DNA of 64,000 bases, from assembly GCA_050633305.1 (NCBI GenBank), contig JBOEGF010000005.1, forward strand, positions 320,001-384,000. Direction: 5' to 3'. A model generated the notes under the pieces. That model did no database searches. It had not been told where the DNA came from and worked only from the letters and a program-made list of their open reading frames with translations. Shown here in pieces: positions 1 to 11,087 of this stretch (the first letter of the stretch is position 1; each line of letters opens with the position of its first letter). Made by a program: the position numbers and the translations under genes. This DNA comes from Nannocystales bacterium (GTDB taxonomy: Bacteria > Myxococcota_A > Polyangia > Nannocystales > Nannocystaceae).

Positions 1-2
1 GC

Positions 3-167
3 GAGGCTCTGCTCAACCACGTCTGGGAGATGAGCGGCGATGTCACCACCCGCACCGTCGACACCCATGTACGACGGCTCCGCAAGAAGCTGGGAGCTGC
101 GAGTGAGTACGTCGAGACCCTGCGCGGCGTTGGGTACCGGTTCCGGCCCGAGGTTCCGACCTCCTAG
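3..167 (+). CDS. phoB: OmpR/PhoB-family response regulator, C-terminal winged helix (5'-truncated by window edge)
   Basis: Manual translation EALLNHVWEMSGDVTTRTVDTHVRRLRKKLG...ETLRGVGYRF, TAG at 165-167; directly upstream of a PhoR-like kinase and phoU. Confidence 0.85.
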   Translation, partial: EALLNHVWEMSGDVTTRTVDTHVRRLRKKLGAASEYVETLRGVGYRFRPEVPTS

Positions 168-172
168 GCTTC

Positions 173-1939
173 ATGTCCCTGGGGTTCCGCGGCAAGCTCT
201 TCCTGCTGGCGGCGCTGATGATCGTCGTGGTCGTCGGTTCCGTCGGTTTCTACGTGGAGCATTCGGTCGAGGCTTCCTTGGAGTCGCGGCTCGAACTGGA
301 GCTGTTCCGCCACGCGAAGAACACTGGCGTCCTGCTGGAACACCGCGGGGATGGAGATGATCTTGACGCTGTGGCGGATCGGGTCGCGAGCGCGACGCGG
401 TCTGAGATCTGGATCTTCAACCTCGAAGGAAAACCGGTCGGGAGCTCGGTGTTGGCACCGCTCGAGCTCCAGCAGCTCGCGCGGGCCTCGCTCGACCCCG
501 AAGTTGAGCAGGCCGGGCAGCTCGACCGCGCGGTGAGCATTCGAACGGACGCTGGTGGCGGGCGAAATCTGTTCGTGGCCGTGATGGTGGCCGCCCCCGA
601 ACAAGCCGTTATCGTCCGGGCGTCCGCGTCGCTGGCTGGCGTGGCCCAGACGGTTCGGCAGCTTCGTATGGCGGCAGGCTTCGCCGGTCTGGCGGGCCTC
701 GGGATCGCCGGTATCCTGCTCACAGCGGTCGGCAGCCAGGTCGAGCGCGCGCTCAAGCCGGTTGTTTCGTCTGCCGCAGCCGCGAAGGGAGTGGAGTCGG
801 TCGATCGGGAGTCGGCGCATGGCGAGGACGGGCCGCAGAGTCTCCGCACGGTCGCGGTCGACCTCGAGCGGACGATGGGCGCGCTCTCAACCGAGCGCAA
901 CCGGTTCGAGGCGGTGCTTCAGACGCTCGAGCAGGCGGTGCTGGTCCTGGACGTGGACGAGAAGCTGATCACGGTCAATCGCGCCGCGTATCGCCTGTTG
1001 TCCCTGCCCGAGCGTGCGGTGGGACGGAGCTTGCTGGAGGCGGTCCGAGTGCCTCGTCTCAAGGCGCTGGCAGCCGCAGCAGCCGACGGCGGCACCCACA
1101 ACGACGAATTCGAGCTCCCGTCCGGCCTGCGGGTCGATGTGCGTGCAACGCGTCATGAGGACGAAGGCGTGGTGATCGTCGCGCAGGACATCACCGAGGT
1201 CCGCCACCTCGAGCGGGTCCGCCGAGACTTCGTCGCGAACGTCTCCCACGAGCTCCGAACACCGATCAGCGTGATTCGGGCCAACGCGGAAACGCTGCTC
1301 GATGGGGCGCTGGACGAGCCGAAGATCGCTCGGAAGTTCGTTGAGGCGACGCACCGGCACTCTGATCGGCTGGGCCGGATCGTCAGCGATCTGCTCGATA
1401 TCTCGCGTATCGAGGCGGGCCGATACTCGCTCAACCCATCGAATCTGAACGTCGGCGACGTCGTGGATCAGGTGCTCGACCTGGTCGAATCGAACGCGAC
1501 CGAGAAGGGGATCGAACTTTCGGTTACGATCGAGCCCGAACTCGACATGTACGCCGACCGCAAGGCGATGGAGCACATCCTCATCAACCTCGTCTCCAAC
1601 GCGTTCAAATACACGCCGGAGAACGGGAAGGTTGAGGTGACAGCCCACGCCCCCACGCCCAACAGGATCCGCATCGAGGTGCTCGACGATGGGCCAGGGA
1701 TCGATCCCGCCCACCGGGAGCGCATCTTCGAGAGGTTCTTCCGCGTCGATTCCGGTCGATCGCGAGATATGGGCGGGACGGGGCTGGGGCTGTCGATCGT
1801 GAAGAACCTCGTCGAGGCACAGCGCGGCGAGGTTGGGGTCGACCCTCGCAGCCCGAACGGGTCTGTATTCTGGTTCACCCTGCCTGCCGCTCGCCCGACG
1901 AGCTTCGAATCCGACGCTCCGGAGACAGCAACGTCATGA
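173..1939 (+). CDS. phoR: Phosphate regulon sensor histidine kinase (2 TM, PAS, HisKA, HATPase)
   Basis: RRDFVANVSHELRTP H-box, NLVSNAFKY, DDGPGI, GGTGLGLSIVK; context between phoB and phoU. Confidence 0.9.
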   Translation: MSLGFRGKLFLLAALMIVVVVGSVGFYVEHSVEASLESRLELELFRHAKNTGVLLEHRGDGDDLDAVADRVASATRSEIWIFNLEGKPVGSSVLAPLELQQLARASLDPEVEQAGQLDRAVSIRTDAGGGRNLFVAVMVAAPEQAVIVRASASLAGVAQTVRQLRMAAGFAGLAGLGIAGILLTAVGSQVERALKPVVSSAAAAKGVESVDRESAHGEDGPQSLRTVAVDLERTMGALSTERNRFEAVLQTLEQAVLVLDVDEKLITVNRAAYRLLSLPERAVGRSLLEAVRVPRLKALAAAAADGGTHNDEFELPSGLRVDVRATRHEDEGVVIVAQDITEVRHLERVRRDFVANVSHELRTPISVIRANAETLLDGALDEPKIARKFVEATHRHSDRLGRIVSDLLDISRIEAGRYSLNPSNLNVGDVVDQVLDLVESNATEKGIELSVTIEPELDMYADRKAMEHILINLVSNAFKYTPENGKVEVTAHAPTPNRIRIEVLDDGPGIDPAHRERIFERFFRVDSGRSRDMGGTGLGLSIVKNLVEAQRGEVGVDPRSPNGSVFWFTLPAARPTSFESDAPETATS

Positions 1940-1976
1940 AGACGTGGCATTGCGGTCACTTTGAAGGCGGCAGAGT

Positions 1977-2669
1977 TTGGCAATATGCCAGGCGGTGCTC
2001 CCTTTGACTCCAGTCGCGCGGAAGTTCGAGACCGAACTGAGCAGCCTCCGCGAGGAGCTGTTGCTCATGGCGGGTCGCGTGGAGGAGATGATTCACCGCG
2101 CCGGGCGTGCGCTGGTGCAGCGGGACGTGAAGCTGGCCAAGGAGACGATCGCGCTCGATCGGGCCGTGAACCGGGCCGAAGTCGACATCGACGAGCGGTG
2201 CATCGATATCTTGGCGCGCTTCCAGCCGATGGCGAAGGAACTCCGGTTCGTCACCCTGGCCATGAAGATGGTGACCGATCTGGAGCGCATCGCAGACCTC
2301 GCGGTCAACATCTGTGAGCGAGCGATCGACCTCAAGCGGGCCGACCGGATCGTCGTTCACGCGGATATCCCCCTGATGACCAGCCTCGTTCAGCAACAGG
2401 TCGCAGGTGCTATCGATGCGTTCGTCAACGGGGACCCGAGTAAGGCCTGGGAAGTGCTGGAGAACGACGACGAGGTCGATCTGCTCTACCACCGCGTGTT
2501 CGAGGACACGCTGGAGCGGATGCGAAGCGACTCGGAGCAGGTTCACCAGCTGATCCACGTGCAATCGGTGGCGAAGTGGCTCGAGCGCATGGGCGACCAC
2601 AGCACGAACCTGGCCGAGCTCGTCATCTTCATGATCGAAGGCCGGGACATCCGGCACCCCGGCTCGTAG
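1977..2669 (+). CDS. phoU: Phosphate signalling complex protein PhoU (true start may be TTG 2004)
   Basis: QPMAKELR, DLERIADLAVNI and LERMGDHSTNLAE repeats typical of PhoU. Confidence 0.93.
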   Translation: MAICQAVLPLTPVARKFETELSSLREELLLMAGRVEEMIHRAGRALVQRDVKLAKETIALDRAVNRAEVDIDERCIDILARFQPMAKELRFVTLAMKMVTDLERIADLAVNICERAIDLKRADRIVVHADIPLMTSLVQQQVAGAIDAFVNGDPSKAWEVLENDDEVDLLYHRVFEDTLERMRSDSEQVHQLIHVQSVAKWLERMGDHSTNLAELVIFMIEGRDIRHPGS

Positions 2670-3103
2670 CGACCCGTCCCAAGGGACGTGTCCTCGAGGC
2701 GGCTTGGTTCGTGCCCTGGATTGGGGCGGAGATCCGGCGGCCATCGAGAGTCGCGGATTCCGGCCTCCTCGAGCGAGCGGCGGGCAGTCGATGCCCCGAG
2801 CCTGCGCCACGACCGACTGTCGAGGACGAGAGCGTCGGGACGAGGAATACAGCCAGACCTGAAGGTCTTGCACAAGTTGCGCAAATGCGGCCGCCACTGA
2901 GTCTCGGCAACAGGGGGCCGAGCTATCGACGCGTATGGCCAACACGCGCACGTGCCTCCTCCCCACCGTCGCAATCCTGGTCTCACCGCTCGCGGGTGCG
3001 TGTCGCCCAATCGAAGGTCGTGCCTGCTCGCAGCCGCCCTCGTAGCGGCCGCCGAGGAGCAGACGCTGAGGAACCAACCACCGGTGAAGTCGAAAAGGAA
3101 ACA

Positions 3104-4051
3104 ATGAACCACGCATCTCAACAATTGTCGTCATCGATGTCCTCGCAGGTTCTCGCGGAGCCGATTGTCCTGCTCCGCGTCCCCGACGACCGGACCGCGG
3201 AGGACCTGGACTCCAGCGATCGCCCGATCCGCAACGTGAGCGACTCGACGATGCGACGCGTCCGTGAATACGCGGGGTACCCCACCCCCGAACTGGAGCG
3301 GTTGTTCGACCGCGAGGTCCAGGTGGGAGGTGCTCTGGGGCGCCGGATGCTTCGGGATTGGAACACCAACGCGAACCCCATGCCTCAGCTGCGGGAGTAC
3401 GCCGAGCTGAACGAGGTCGTTCGCAACGCTCCGGCGTTTCGCGACGCAGCGACGGCATTCGAATCAGCCATCGGCGAGAACCTCCGCGTGCAGGCTTGCC
3501 AGGGGCACGTCAGCGCTTTCGATCTGGTGCCGAAAGACGGTCCAGAACGAGAGCGTTCCGAGATGTGGACACTCCAGCCCGATCGGCGGGCGGCCGGGAG
3601 TCGTGGACGGGGCCGAGAGAACTACGCTTGGAGGCGTGCCGTTGCGTCCGGACGATGCGTGGGGCCGCGGCCCGGCTCTGTCGTCTCCAACGGAGCCGCG
3701 AGTGGGCGGCGACTCCCAAGGCTACCGATACCCTGGTTCTCCCCCAGCATCCTCTGGGACCGAGTGTTGAAGATCTGTGTGGGGAACATCCAGGGGATGA
3801 CCGTACAACTTGCAAACTTTCGGTTCGATGGCCGCACGCGCCAATACTCTGGGGCGCTACGGTTTCACCTGGTCGATCACTTCGGCTTGGACGACGGAGA
3901 CTGCGAGCGAACCTTCAGCGGACTTCACGGAACACCGGGCCAGCTCGCGGGTTGGGTGTTGCAGCATCAGCGTCGCCCGGGGCACCGTCCTTTCCTGACC
4001 TCGATGCGAGTCGAGCGGCAGTTCCGAGGCTCCCTGCCGCCGATCCGGTGA
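3104..4051 (+). CDS. DUF3289-like family protein
   Basis: ATG 3104 after AAAAGGAA RBS; C-terminal DHFGLD..D / WVLQH / PFLT.M pattern resembles DUF3289 (recalled, not searched). Confidence 0.6.
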   Translation: MNHASQQLSSSMSSQVLAEPIVLLRVPDDRTAEDLDSSDRPIRNVSDSTMRRVREYAGYPTPELERLFDREVQVGGALGRRMLRDWNTNANPMPQLREYAELNEVVRNAPAFRDAATAFESAIGENLRVQACQGHVSAFDLVPKDGPERERSEMWTLQPDRRAAGSRGRGRENYAWRRAVASGRCVGPRPGSVVSNGAASGRRLPRLPIPWFSPSILWDRVLKICVGNIQGMTVQLANFRFDGRTRQYSGALRFHLVDHFGLDDGDCERTFSGLHGTPGQLAGWVLQHQRRPGHRPFLTSMRVERQFRGSLPPIR

Positions 4052-4144
4052 GCGCCCGCAGTCGCATGCGTGAGGACCGGGTGCTCTCGTGTCCAGAGCT
4101 CGACACGCGACCGTCGCGTTGATCGAAGCGGTGTTCGAAAACGG

Positions 4145-5299
4145 CTAGCTGCCGGATTTGTCCCGATCCCACGCGACGTACAGCACCGACCCCACCACCG
4201 CCACGCTCGCGGCGGCAGAGAACATCGCGGTGTAGCTTGTCCGTTCCAGGACAAACCCCAGCGTTGGCGCGCCAACAAACAGCCCAAGATCGAACAGCGC
4301 AGTGAATGCTGCCAACGCCCGCCCGCGCTCATGGCCTGGCGCTCGCATGACGACAAGCGCGGAGGCGATCGGAAACGCATATCCGTGCCCAATCCCGCAC
4401 AGGACCCCCGCGACGACGGTCGAGGTGTCCGTGCCTCCGAACGCGAGCACCAGCAGACCAGCTGCCGCGGACCACACCGACGGTACGAGCACCGTCTTTG
4501 CGCCGACCCGGTCCGGCAACCATCCCAGGGCGAGTCGCAGTACCACCGCGGCAATCGTGTACGCGGTGAAGAACCCTCCGACGCTGCCAGCGCCGGTATC
4601 GTCCACGAACGTCTTCAAGAAGGTGAAGTACGAAGCGAGGGCGAAGGCGAAGCTGAACCCCACCAACCAGATCGGTCGGAGTGCTGGTGCCGATGCGGCG
4701 GCCAGGAATGAGCGCTTGGGCCCATCGGGAGCGTCGGGCTTGAGTTCGGGAAGTGTCAGCGCAGCGAGGGAGCCCAGCACAGCGGCCGCGACGGCCGCGA
4801 GGAAGAGCTCCTTGTAGCCCGCGACCGCAAGAACCTGGTCCCCGATCAGTCCCGCGAGCGACAGCGGGATCATCCCTGAGACGCCAAACAACGCCATGCC
4901 CTCCGCACGTCTCTCGGCGGGGATCACGTCGGCGGCGATGGTGAAGAACACAGAGAACAGCATGCCCTCCGCCACGCCGTGTCCGAGCCGCACGACGAAA
5001 AGCAGAGGCCCCACGTCGTCCACCAGCAAGTAGGCCGACGAGAACGCGATGTTCAACCCACTGCCAACCAGGGCCACGACCCGGCGACCTCGGGTGTCCA
5101 TGATGCGGCCGACGAGTGGGCGCGAAAGGATCGCCGAGACCGCCATGGCCGCCATGGCGAGCCCGATCGTGAAGTCATCCTCCGTGTGCACCCGCAAAAA
5201 CCCCGGGAGGTGCAGGAAGAAGAAGAACGACAGGCTGTGCATGAAGTTGGCCGCGAACCCGAGCACGAACGGGCGACTCAGGAGCGGGGGCCGACTCAC
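4145..5299 (-). CDS. MFS transporter
   Basis: About 12 hydrophobic segments; motif A GRIMDTRGRR and GWLPDRVGAK. Confidence 0.92.
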   Translation of the reverse strand: MSRPPLLSRPFVLGFAANFMHSLSFFFFLHLPGFLRVHTEDDFTIGLAMAAMAVSAILSRPLVGRIMDTRGRRVVALVGSGLNIAFSSAYLLVDDVGPLLFVVRLGHGVAEGMLFSVFFTIAADVIPAERRAEGMALFGVSGMIPLSLAGLIGDQVLAVAGYKELFLAAVAAAVLGSLAALTLPELKPDAPDGPKRSFLAAASAPALRPIWLVGFSFAFALASYFTFLKTFVDDTGAGSVGGFFTAYTIAAVVLRLALGWLPDRVGAKTVLVPSVWSAAAGLLVLAFGGTDTSTVVAGVLCGIGHGYAFPIASALVVMRAPGHERGRALAAFTALFDLGLFVGAPTLGFVLERTSYTAMFSAAASVAVVGSVLYVAWDRDKSGS

Positions 5300-5357
5300 C
5301 GGCTACCCTTGCCATGCTGGGGTGCGGGGTGCAATGCGCGGAGGTATGCTGCCGTGT

Positions 5358-5674
5358 ATGCCCGAACGGCAGCCGCCGCAGCGTTCTGAGACGATCCGCG
5401 ACTCTATCGCCAGGGAGCTTCGCGGGGGCTGGCTCTCCGCGCGCCAGCTCTCGAGCCTGGTCGGGATCTCGGAGAAGACCGTTCCGGGACACCTCGAACA
5501 CCTGAGAAAATCGGCGTCAGGCGCGGGCGAGACCTTCGAACTCGAGCCTGCCGTCTGCAGCAAGTGCGACTACGCGTTCGATGACCGCGACCGACTCTCG
5601 AAGCCGAGCCGCTGCCCAGCGTGCAAGGGACAACGCCTCGAGCCGCCTCGCTTCCGTCTTACGGCGGAGACCCC

Positions 5675-5678
<4 letters not shown>
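5358..5678 (+). CDS. HTH + Zn-ribbon transcriptional regulator (COG3357-like)
   Basis: SARQLSSLVGISEKTV..HLEHL helix-turn-helix, then CSKC...PSRCPACK. Confidence 0.8.
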
Positions 5679-6319
<641 letters not shown>

Positions 6320-6337
6320 ACATTTCAGGAGCCGCCG

Positions 6338-8260
6338 ATGATCGAGGCTCTTGCGATCACAACGGGGTCGATCGTGCTCGGTGTCGGGCTGGGCGTGCTG
6401 ACCCGTCGAAAGTCGGGGGGGTTTGGCGCGCTTCGAGTGTTCGCGGTGGCTGCCGTCGCCACTGCGGTGGCGCTGCAGATGCTCCCCGAGGCGCTCTCGG
6501 AAATGGGAGGGACGGCGTTGCTTGTCTTCGGCGGCGCGATTGTGTTCCCCGGACTGCTCTCGCCAGTCCTGCGACGACTCCGCGGGTCCGATACCACCAG
6601 CCACTCTCTTAGCGCGGACCTCGGTTTTCTCGGTTTCATCGCACACCAGGTCGCTGAAGGGGTCGCGCTAGGCTCGTTCTCCACCGACGCTCATGCCGAC
6701 CACGGACACGAGGGGCTTGTCCTGGCTGTGGCTGCCCACACTGTTCCGCTTACCGCATTGCTCATCGCTGAAGCGCTCGCCCACCGTACGCGGCGGGTCG
6801 CGATGGGGCGGGCCGCCGCGCTTGTGCTCGCAACGAGTCTGGGGTTTGCGCTGGCTGATTTGCTGCACGATGTGCTTCCCCACGCGTTGCATTCGTGGCT
6901 GACCGCCGGCGTCGCAGGCGTGCTTGTCCACATCCTTTTTCATGACCACGGCGAAGACGGTCCCCGAACGCTGCGGCGTAAAGCGCTGGAGTCCGTGGCC
7001 GTGGTTGCGGGCATCGCGTTGCCGATCGTCGCCGCGTCGGCAACCGGGCGGGGTATCCAGCGTTCGGTCACCGATGCGTTCCTTGAGCTCACGCTGGAGA
7101 CTGCGCCGATGCTGCTGCTCGGGCTCAGTCTCGGCGCGTTACTCCAGCTGCTTGGCAGCAAGATCCCGCAGCGGTTCTTGACCAGCGGCGGTGCTCTCCG
7201 CCAGGCGATTCGAGGTGTTGCAGTGGGGGCCCCCCTACCTTTGTGTGCGTGCGGTGTGTTGCCCGTCGCCGAATCGCTGCGCAAGCGAGGAGCAGGTCCG
7301 GCGCTGGTGATCGCGTTCCTCGTCGCGACTCCGGAGTTGGGTCCCGAAACGCTCACGCTCACGCTGCGTTTCATGGGGGGCCCGTACGCGGTTGTTCGGG
7401 TCGTCGCCGCCTTGGCGCTCGCGCTCTTCGCAGGACTGTGGTTCAGCCGCCTGGTCCGCTCGGGCGCCGACGAGGATTCCGCTTCCGTGAGTCCGTCACC
7501 GCCGCCACCCACCCGGGGAGCTGCGATTCGAGTGCTCGGCCACTTCGACGAGTTACTCCTTCATGTTGGGCCGTGGGCGTTCGTCGGCCTTTGGGCCGCC
7601 GCGTTCGTTCAAGTCTCCCTGCCCCAGGGGTCCCTCGCGCAAACGACCGCTGGCGGTCTCGACATATGGTTGGTGGCCGCGGTCGCGATGCCAGCGTACG
7701 TGTGCGCGGCCTCGGCGACACCGGTCGCCGCGGTCCTGCTGCTCAAGGGCATTTCGCCTGGGGCCATCTTGGTCGGGCTCTTGCTCGGACCGGCGACCAA
7801 TGTCGCAACAGTGGGCGTCCTCAGGAAAGCATATGGGGGGCGGAACGTCCTCTTTGGTGTGCTGGGCATCGCGCTCGCGACCATCGGAATGGGGTACGGC
7901 GTCAACGCTTTGGAGGTCCCGATCACGCTGCCGACTCGCCTCGATGGGGACCACGCCCATGGTGTACTCGCGCGGGCAAGCACGGTCTTCCTGGCGCTCG
8001 CCTTCTGCCGCCAGCTTTGGCGAGGGGGTCTAGGGCCATGGCTCGAGATTCTCGGCGGCCATCACCACCATCATCATCATCAGGGGGAACACGGGCACGA
8101 CCACACGCCCTGTCACGGCCACGAGCAGGGGCACTCGGATGACGACGGTCGCGATTCCGGGCATGGGCATGCCCACGAGCATCCGGATGAGCATGGTCGC
8201 GATTCCGAGCACGGTTGCGATTCCGAACATCTTCACGACTCGGAGTCTCGGGACTCCTAG
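6338..8260 (+). CDS. Metal permease: ZIP-like N-terminal half fused to DUF318/ArsP-type permease, with His-rich C-tail
   Basis: PLCACGVLP, FLVATPELG, YVCAASATP, GPATN permease motifs; HQVAEG and AHTVP in the N-half; poly-His tail. Confidence 0.8.
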   Translation: MIEALAITTGSIVLGVGLGVLTRRKSGGFGALRVFAVAAVATAVALQMLPEALSEMGGTALLVFGGAIVFPGLLSPVLRRLRGSDTTSHSLSADLGFLGFIAHQVAEGVALGSFSTDAHADHGHEGLVLAVAAHTVPLTALLIAEALAHRTRRVAMGRAAALVLATSLGFALADLLHDVLPHALHSWLTAGVAGVLVHILFHDHGEDGPRTLRRKALESVAVVAGIALPIVAASATGRGIQRSVTDAFLELTLETAPMLLLGLSLGALLQLLGSKIPQRFLTSGGALRQAIRGVAVGAPLPLCACGVLPVAESLRKRGAGPALVIAFLVATPELGPETLTLTLRFMGGPYAVVRVVAALALALFAGLWFSRLVRSGADEDSASVSPSPPPPTRGAAIRVLGHFDELLLHVGPWAFVGLWAAAFVQVSLPQGSLAQTTAGGLDIWLVAAVAMPAYVCAASATPVAAVLLLKGISPGAILVGLLLGPATNVATVGVLRKAYGGRNVLFGVLGIALATIGMGYGVNALEVPITLPTRLDGDHAHGVLARASTVFLALAFCRQLWRGGLGPWLEILGGHHHHHHHQGEHGHDHTPCHGHEQGHSDDDGRDSGHGHAHEHPDEHGRDSEHGCDSEHLHDSESRDS

Positions 8261-8393
8261 AGACTCGACGTCGGCGCACATCACCACGACTGGGTGGGCG
8301 GGTGTGGGTCCAGTTCCGGCCCGGGATCCGTTATCATGGGCGTGGGTCGAGATGCGTCTGGGCGAAGTGCAGTCGAGGAGTGGGCGAATCGAG

Positions 8394-9599
8394 GTGACCT
8401 CGGTTGTCTGCTTTGCGTTTGCCGACATGGCCGCGATCCGGTCGTTACAAACCGAGATCCCCGGCGATCACGTTCAGCTGGTGCCCGGAATCGACCGCGA
8501 CCTCGAGGGTCTGGCCGTGCAGCTGCTCAGCGACACCCCGGCGGTCATCGTGGTGGTGCACTCGGCCGACCTCACCGCTCAGCGCCTCGAAGACGTGCTC
8601 GCGACATTCAGCAAGCTGCGCGGTCGCAACCATCGGCTGTGTGTCGTGGAGTTCGATCGGACAGCGCCTGCCGGGTTCTTGGGTGGGGTTGGCGAGGCGG
8701 TGGACAGCATGCGGGGCCGAAGCGCGCCCGCTCCGGCGGCGAGTCGTTCGAGCACGGCGCGCAGGGGGCCACCGACTGCAGTGGCGTCGGCACGGGTTGA
8801 GTCCCGGCCAACCTCGGTCGAAGTCGAGGAGCCGCCTTCAGAAGTCTCCGATGCGTCTTTGCCGATCGTGTCACAGACCACCAGCGAGGATGTGCTCTCC
8901 ACGACGAGCCCTGGGCCTTCGGAGAGCGGCGCGACGTTTCCCGACTTGCGACCGTCGATCTCCAACGTGCGCCGCGGGCAAGCGGCGCGTGCACGGCGCC
9001 GTGCGGTGTGGCGCCGAGGGACGGTCACGGCCCTCCTCATCGGGGTGGGTTCGTTGGCCTTGGTGGCCTGGTTCGCCGGGCTTGGTGGTTCCTCTCCCCT
9101 GGCCGAGGACCGGGCCGAACATTCGTCGACGGCCGGCGCGACAGTGCCCGTCCGCAAAACATCTATGGCGCCCAAGCCGTCGCGCCGGGCCGACTCCACT
9201 CGCCCCACGTCGGTGAATCCTCGAAGCGTTCCGGCTGCGCCCGCCGATGAGCTGGCGGCGGAGTCACGACGGGTCGCCGCCGCCCTCGATGCGAAGCAGA
9301 TTCACGCCCTCGATGCGCTCCTCATCCGAACTTCGACTCGAGATCCAGAGTCGTTCGCCGACGCCCGAAAACGGTGCGGGAGACTCGATGTCGCGAGCTT
9401 GGGAGGCTGGCGTCTACCGTCGTTGGACGAGTTACGGACCCTCCGGCGGGCCCGGATGCTCCGCGAAGGCGAGTACTGGAGCAGCGCTCGGGTGGGCGGC
9501 ATTTCGCAGTTCACACTTTCACGCGATGTGACGCGACCCCAAGAGCGCGAACGAAGCGATCTCGAGCACGTGAAGACGCTTTGCGTTCGGCAGCGCTGA
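8394..9599 (+). CDS. Single-pass membrane protein with C-terminal DUF1566/Lcl-like domain (start uncertain: 8352, 8394 or 8427)
   Basis: TM ALLIGVGSLALVAWFAGL; A...C..L....LGGWRLPSLDEL..L...YWSS...LCVR. Confidence 0.65.
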   Translation: MTSVVCFAFADMAAIRSLQTEIPGDHVQLVPGIDRDLEGLAVQLLSDTPAVIVVVHSADLTAQRLEDVLATFSKLRGRNHRLCVVEFDRTAPAGFLGGVGEAVDSMRGRSAPAPAASRSSTARRGPPTAVASARVESRPTSVEVEEPPSEVSDASLPIVSQTTSEDVLSTTSPGPSESGATFPDLRPSISNVRRGQAARARRRAVWRRGTVTALLIGVGSLALVAWFAGLGGSSPLAEDRAEHSSTAGATVPVRKTSMAPKPSRRADSTRPTSVNPRSVPAAPADELAAESRRVAAALDAKQIHALDALLIRTSTRDPESFADARKRCGRLDVASLGGWRLPSLDELRTLRRARMLREGEYWSSARVGGISQFTLSRDVTRPQERERSDLEHVKTLCVRQR

Positions 9600-9733
9600 C
9601 CGACGCTTTGCGTCACTGCGGTGACAAAAATCGATACTCTTTGCGGTCCTTTGGCCGTCGCGATGGTGCGGAAACGAGCGCGGAATCGGGCAACCCATCG
9701 GAATGACACGGCCTGGACTCCGGGACCCTGGTT

Positions 9734-9748
9734 TGGAATCAACCTTGC
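9734..9748 (+). promoter_or_regulatory. Putative sigma54 -24/-12 promoter
   Basis: TGGAATCAACCTTGC: GG(9735-36)-N10-GC(9747-48) with TTGC core; predicted TSS ~9760. Confidence 0.6.
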
Positions 9749-9759
9749 GATAGACGTGG

Positions 9760-9976
9760 GTGCGCGTTGAAGCGAGCGCGCGACGAGCGGATGAAGCTTC
9801 GGAACTCACAGCGTTAGGTCGATGGGGATGCGCGAGGGACAATCGTGGAGCATCGACAGGCCCGTGCCGTCTGGGGGGACAGGTACGGAGCCGCGCTGAG
9901 GGGGCCGGAGGTTTGGCTGTCTTGTTCGGGGCACGCCCCGCGCCATGAAAGGCGCGGGGACGTGTCTCTTTCTTTT
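9760..9976 (+). ncRNA. Candidate ~215-nt structured sRNA with G-rich/GGA segments
   Basis: Bounded by a sigma54-like promoter and a terminator; stems GTCGATG/CATCGAC, CGCGA/TCGTG and CCGTGCC/GGTACGG; no credible ORF. Confidence 0.5.
9928..9976 (+). terminator. Intrinsic terminator
   Basis: GGGGCACG-CCCCGCGCC atgaaa GGCGCGGGG-a-CGTGTCTC then TTTCTTTT; G-U pairs favour the + strand. Confidence 0.8.
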
Positions 9977-10036
9977 CCGACGCGGTGGTACGGCGAGGAC
10001 CGGAGCGGGCGTTCGTGACCGCGGTACCCTCGCGCG

Positions 10037-11077
<1,041 letters not shown>

Positions 11078-11087
11078 GCAGGTTGGG

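Noticed and set aside
1933..1959. Pho box between phoR and phoU (GTCAT and GTCAC 22 bp apart)
   Set aside because: Middle 11-bp unit does not match and the first half-site is the phoR stop region; too weak
8920..8940. ESGAT as an ApbE flavinylation site
   Set aside because: Lies N-terminal to the TM in a predicted cytoplasmic linker and lacks the upstream Asp context
9760..9948. 62-aa ORF in the sRNA candidate region
   Set aside because: No RBS, atypical composition, and it ends inside the terminator; a leaderless peptide is not fully excluded
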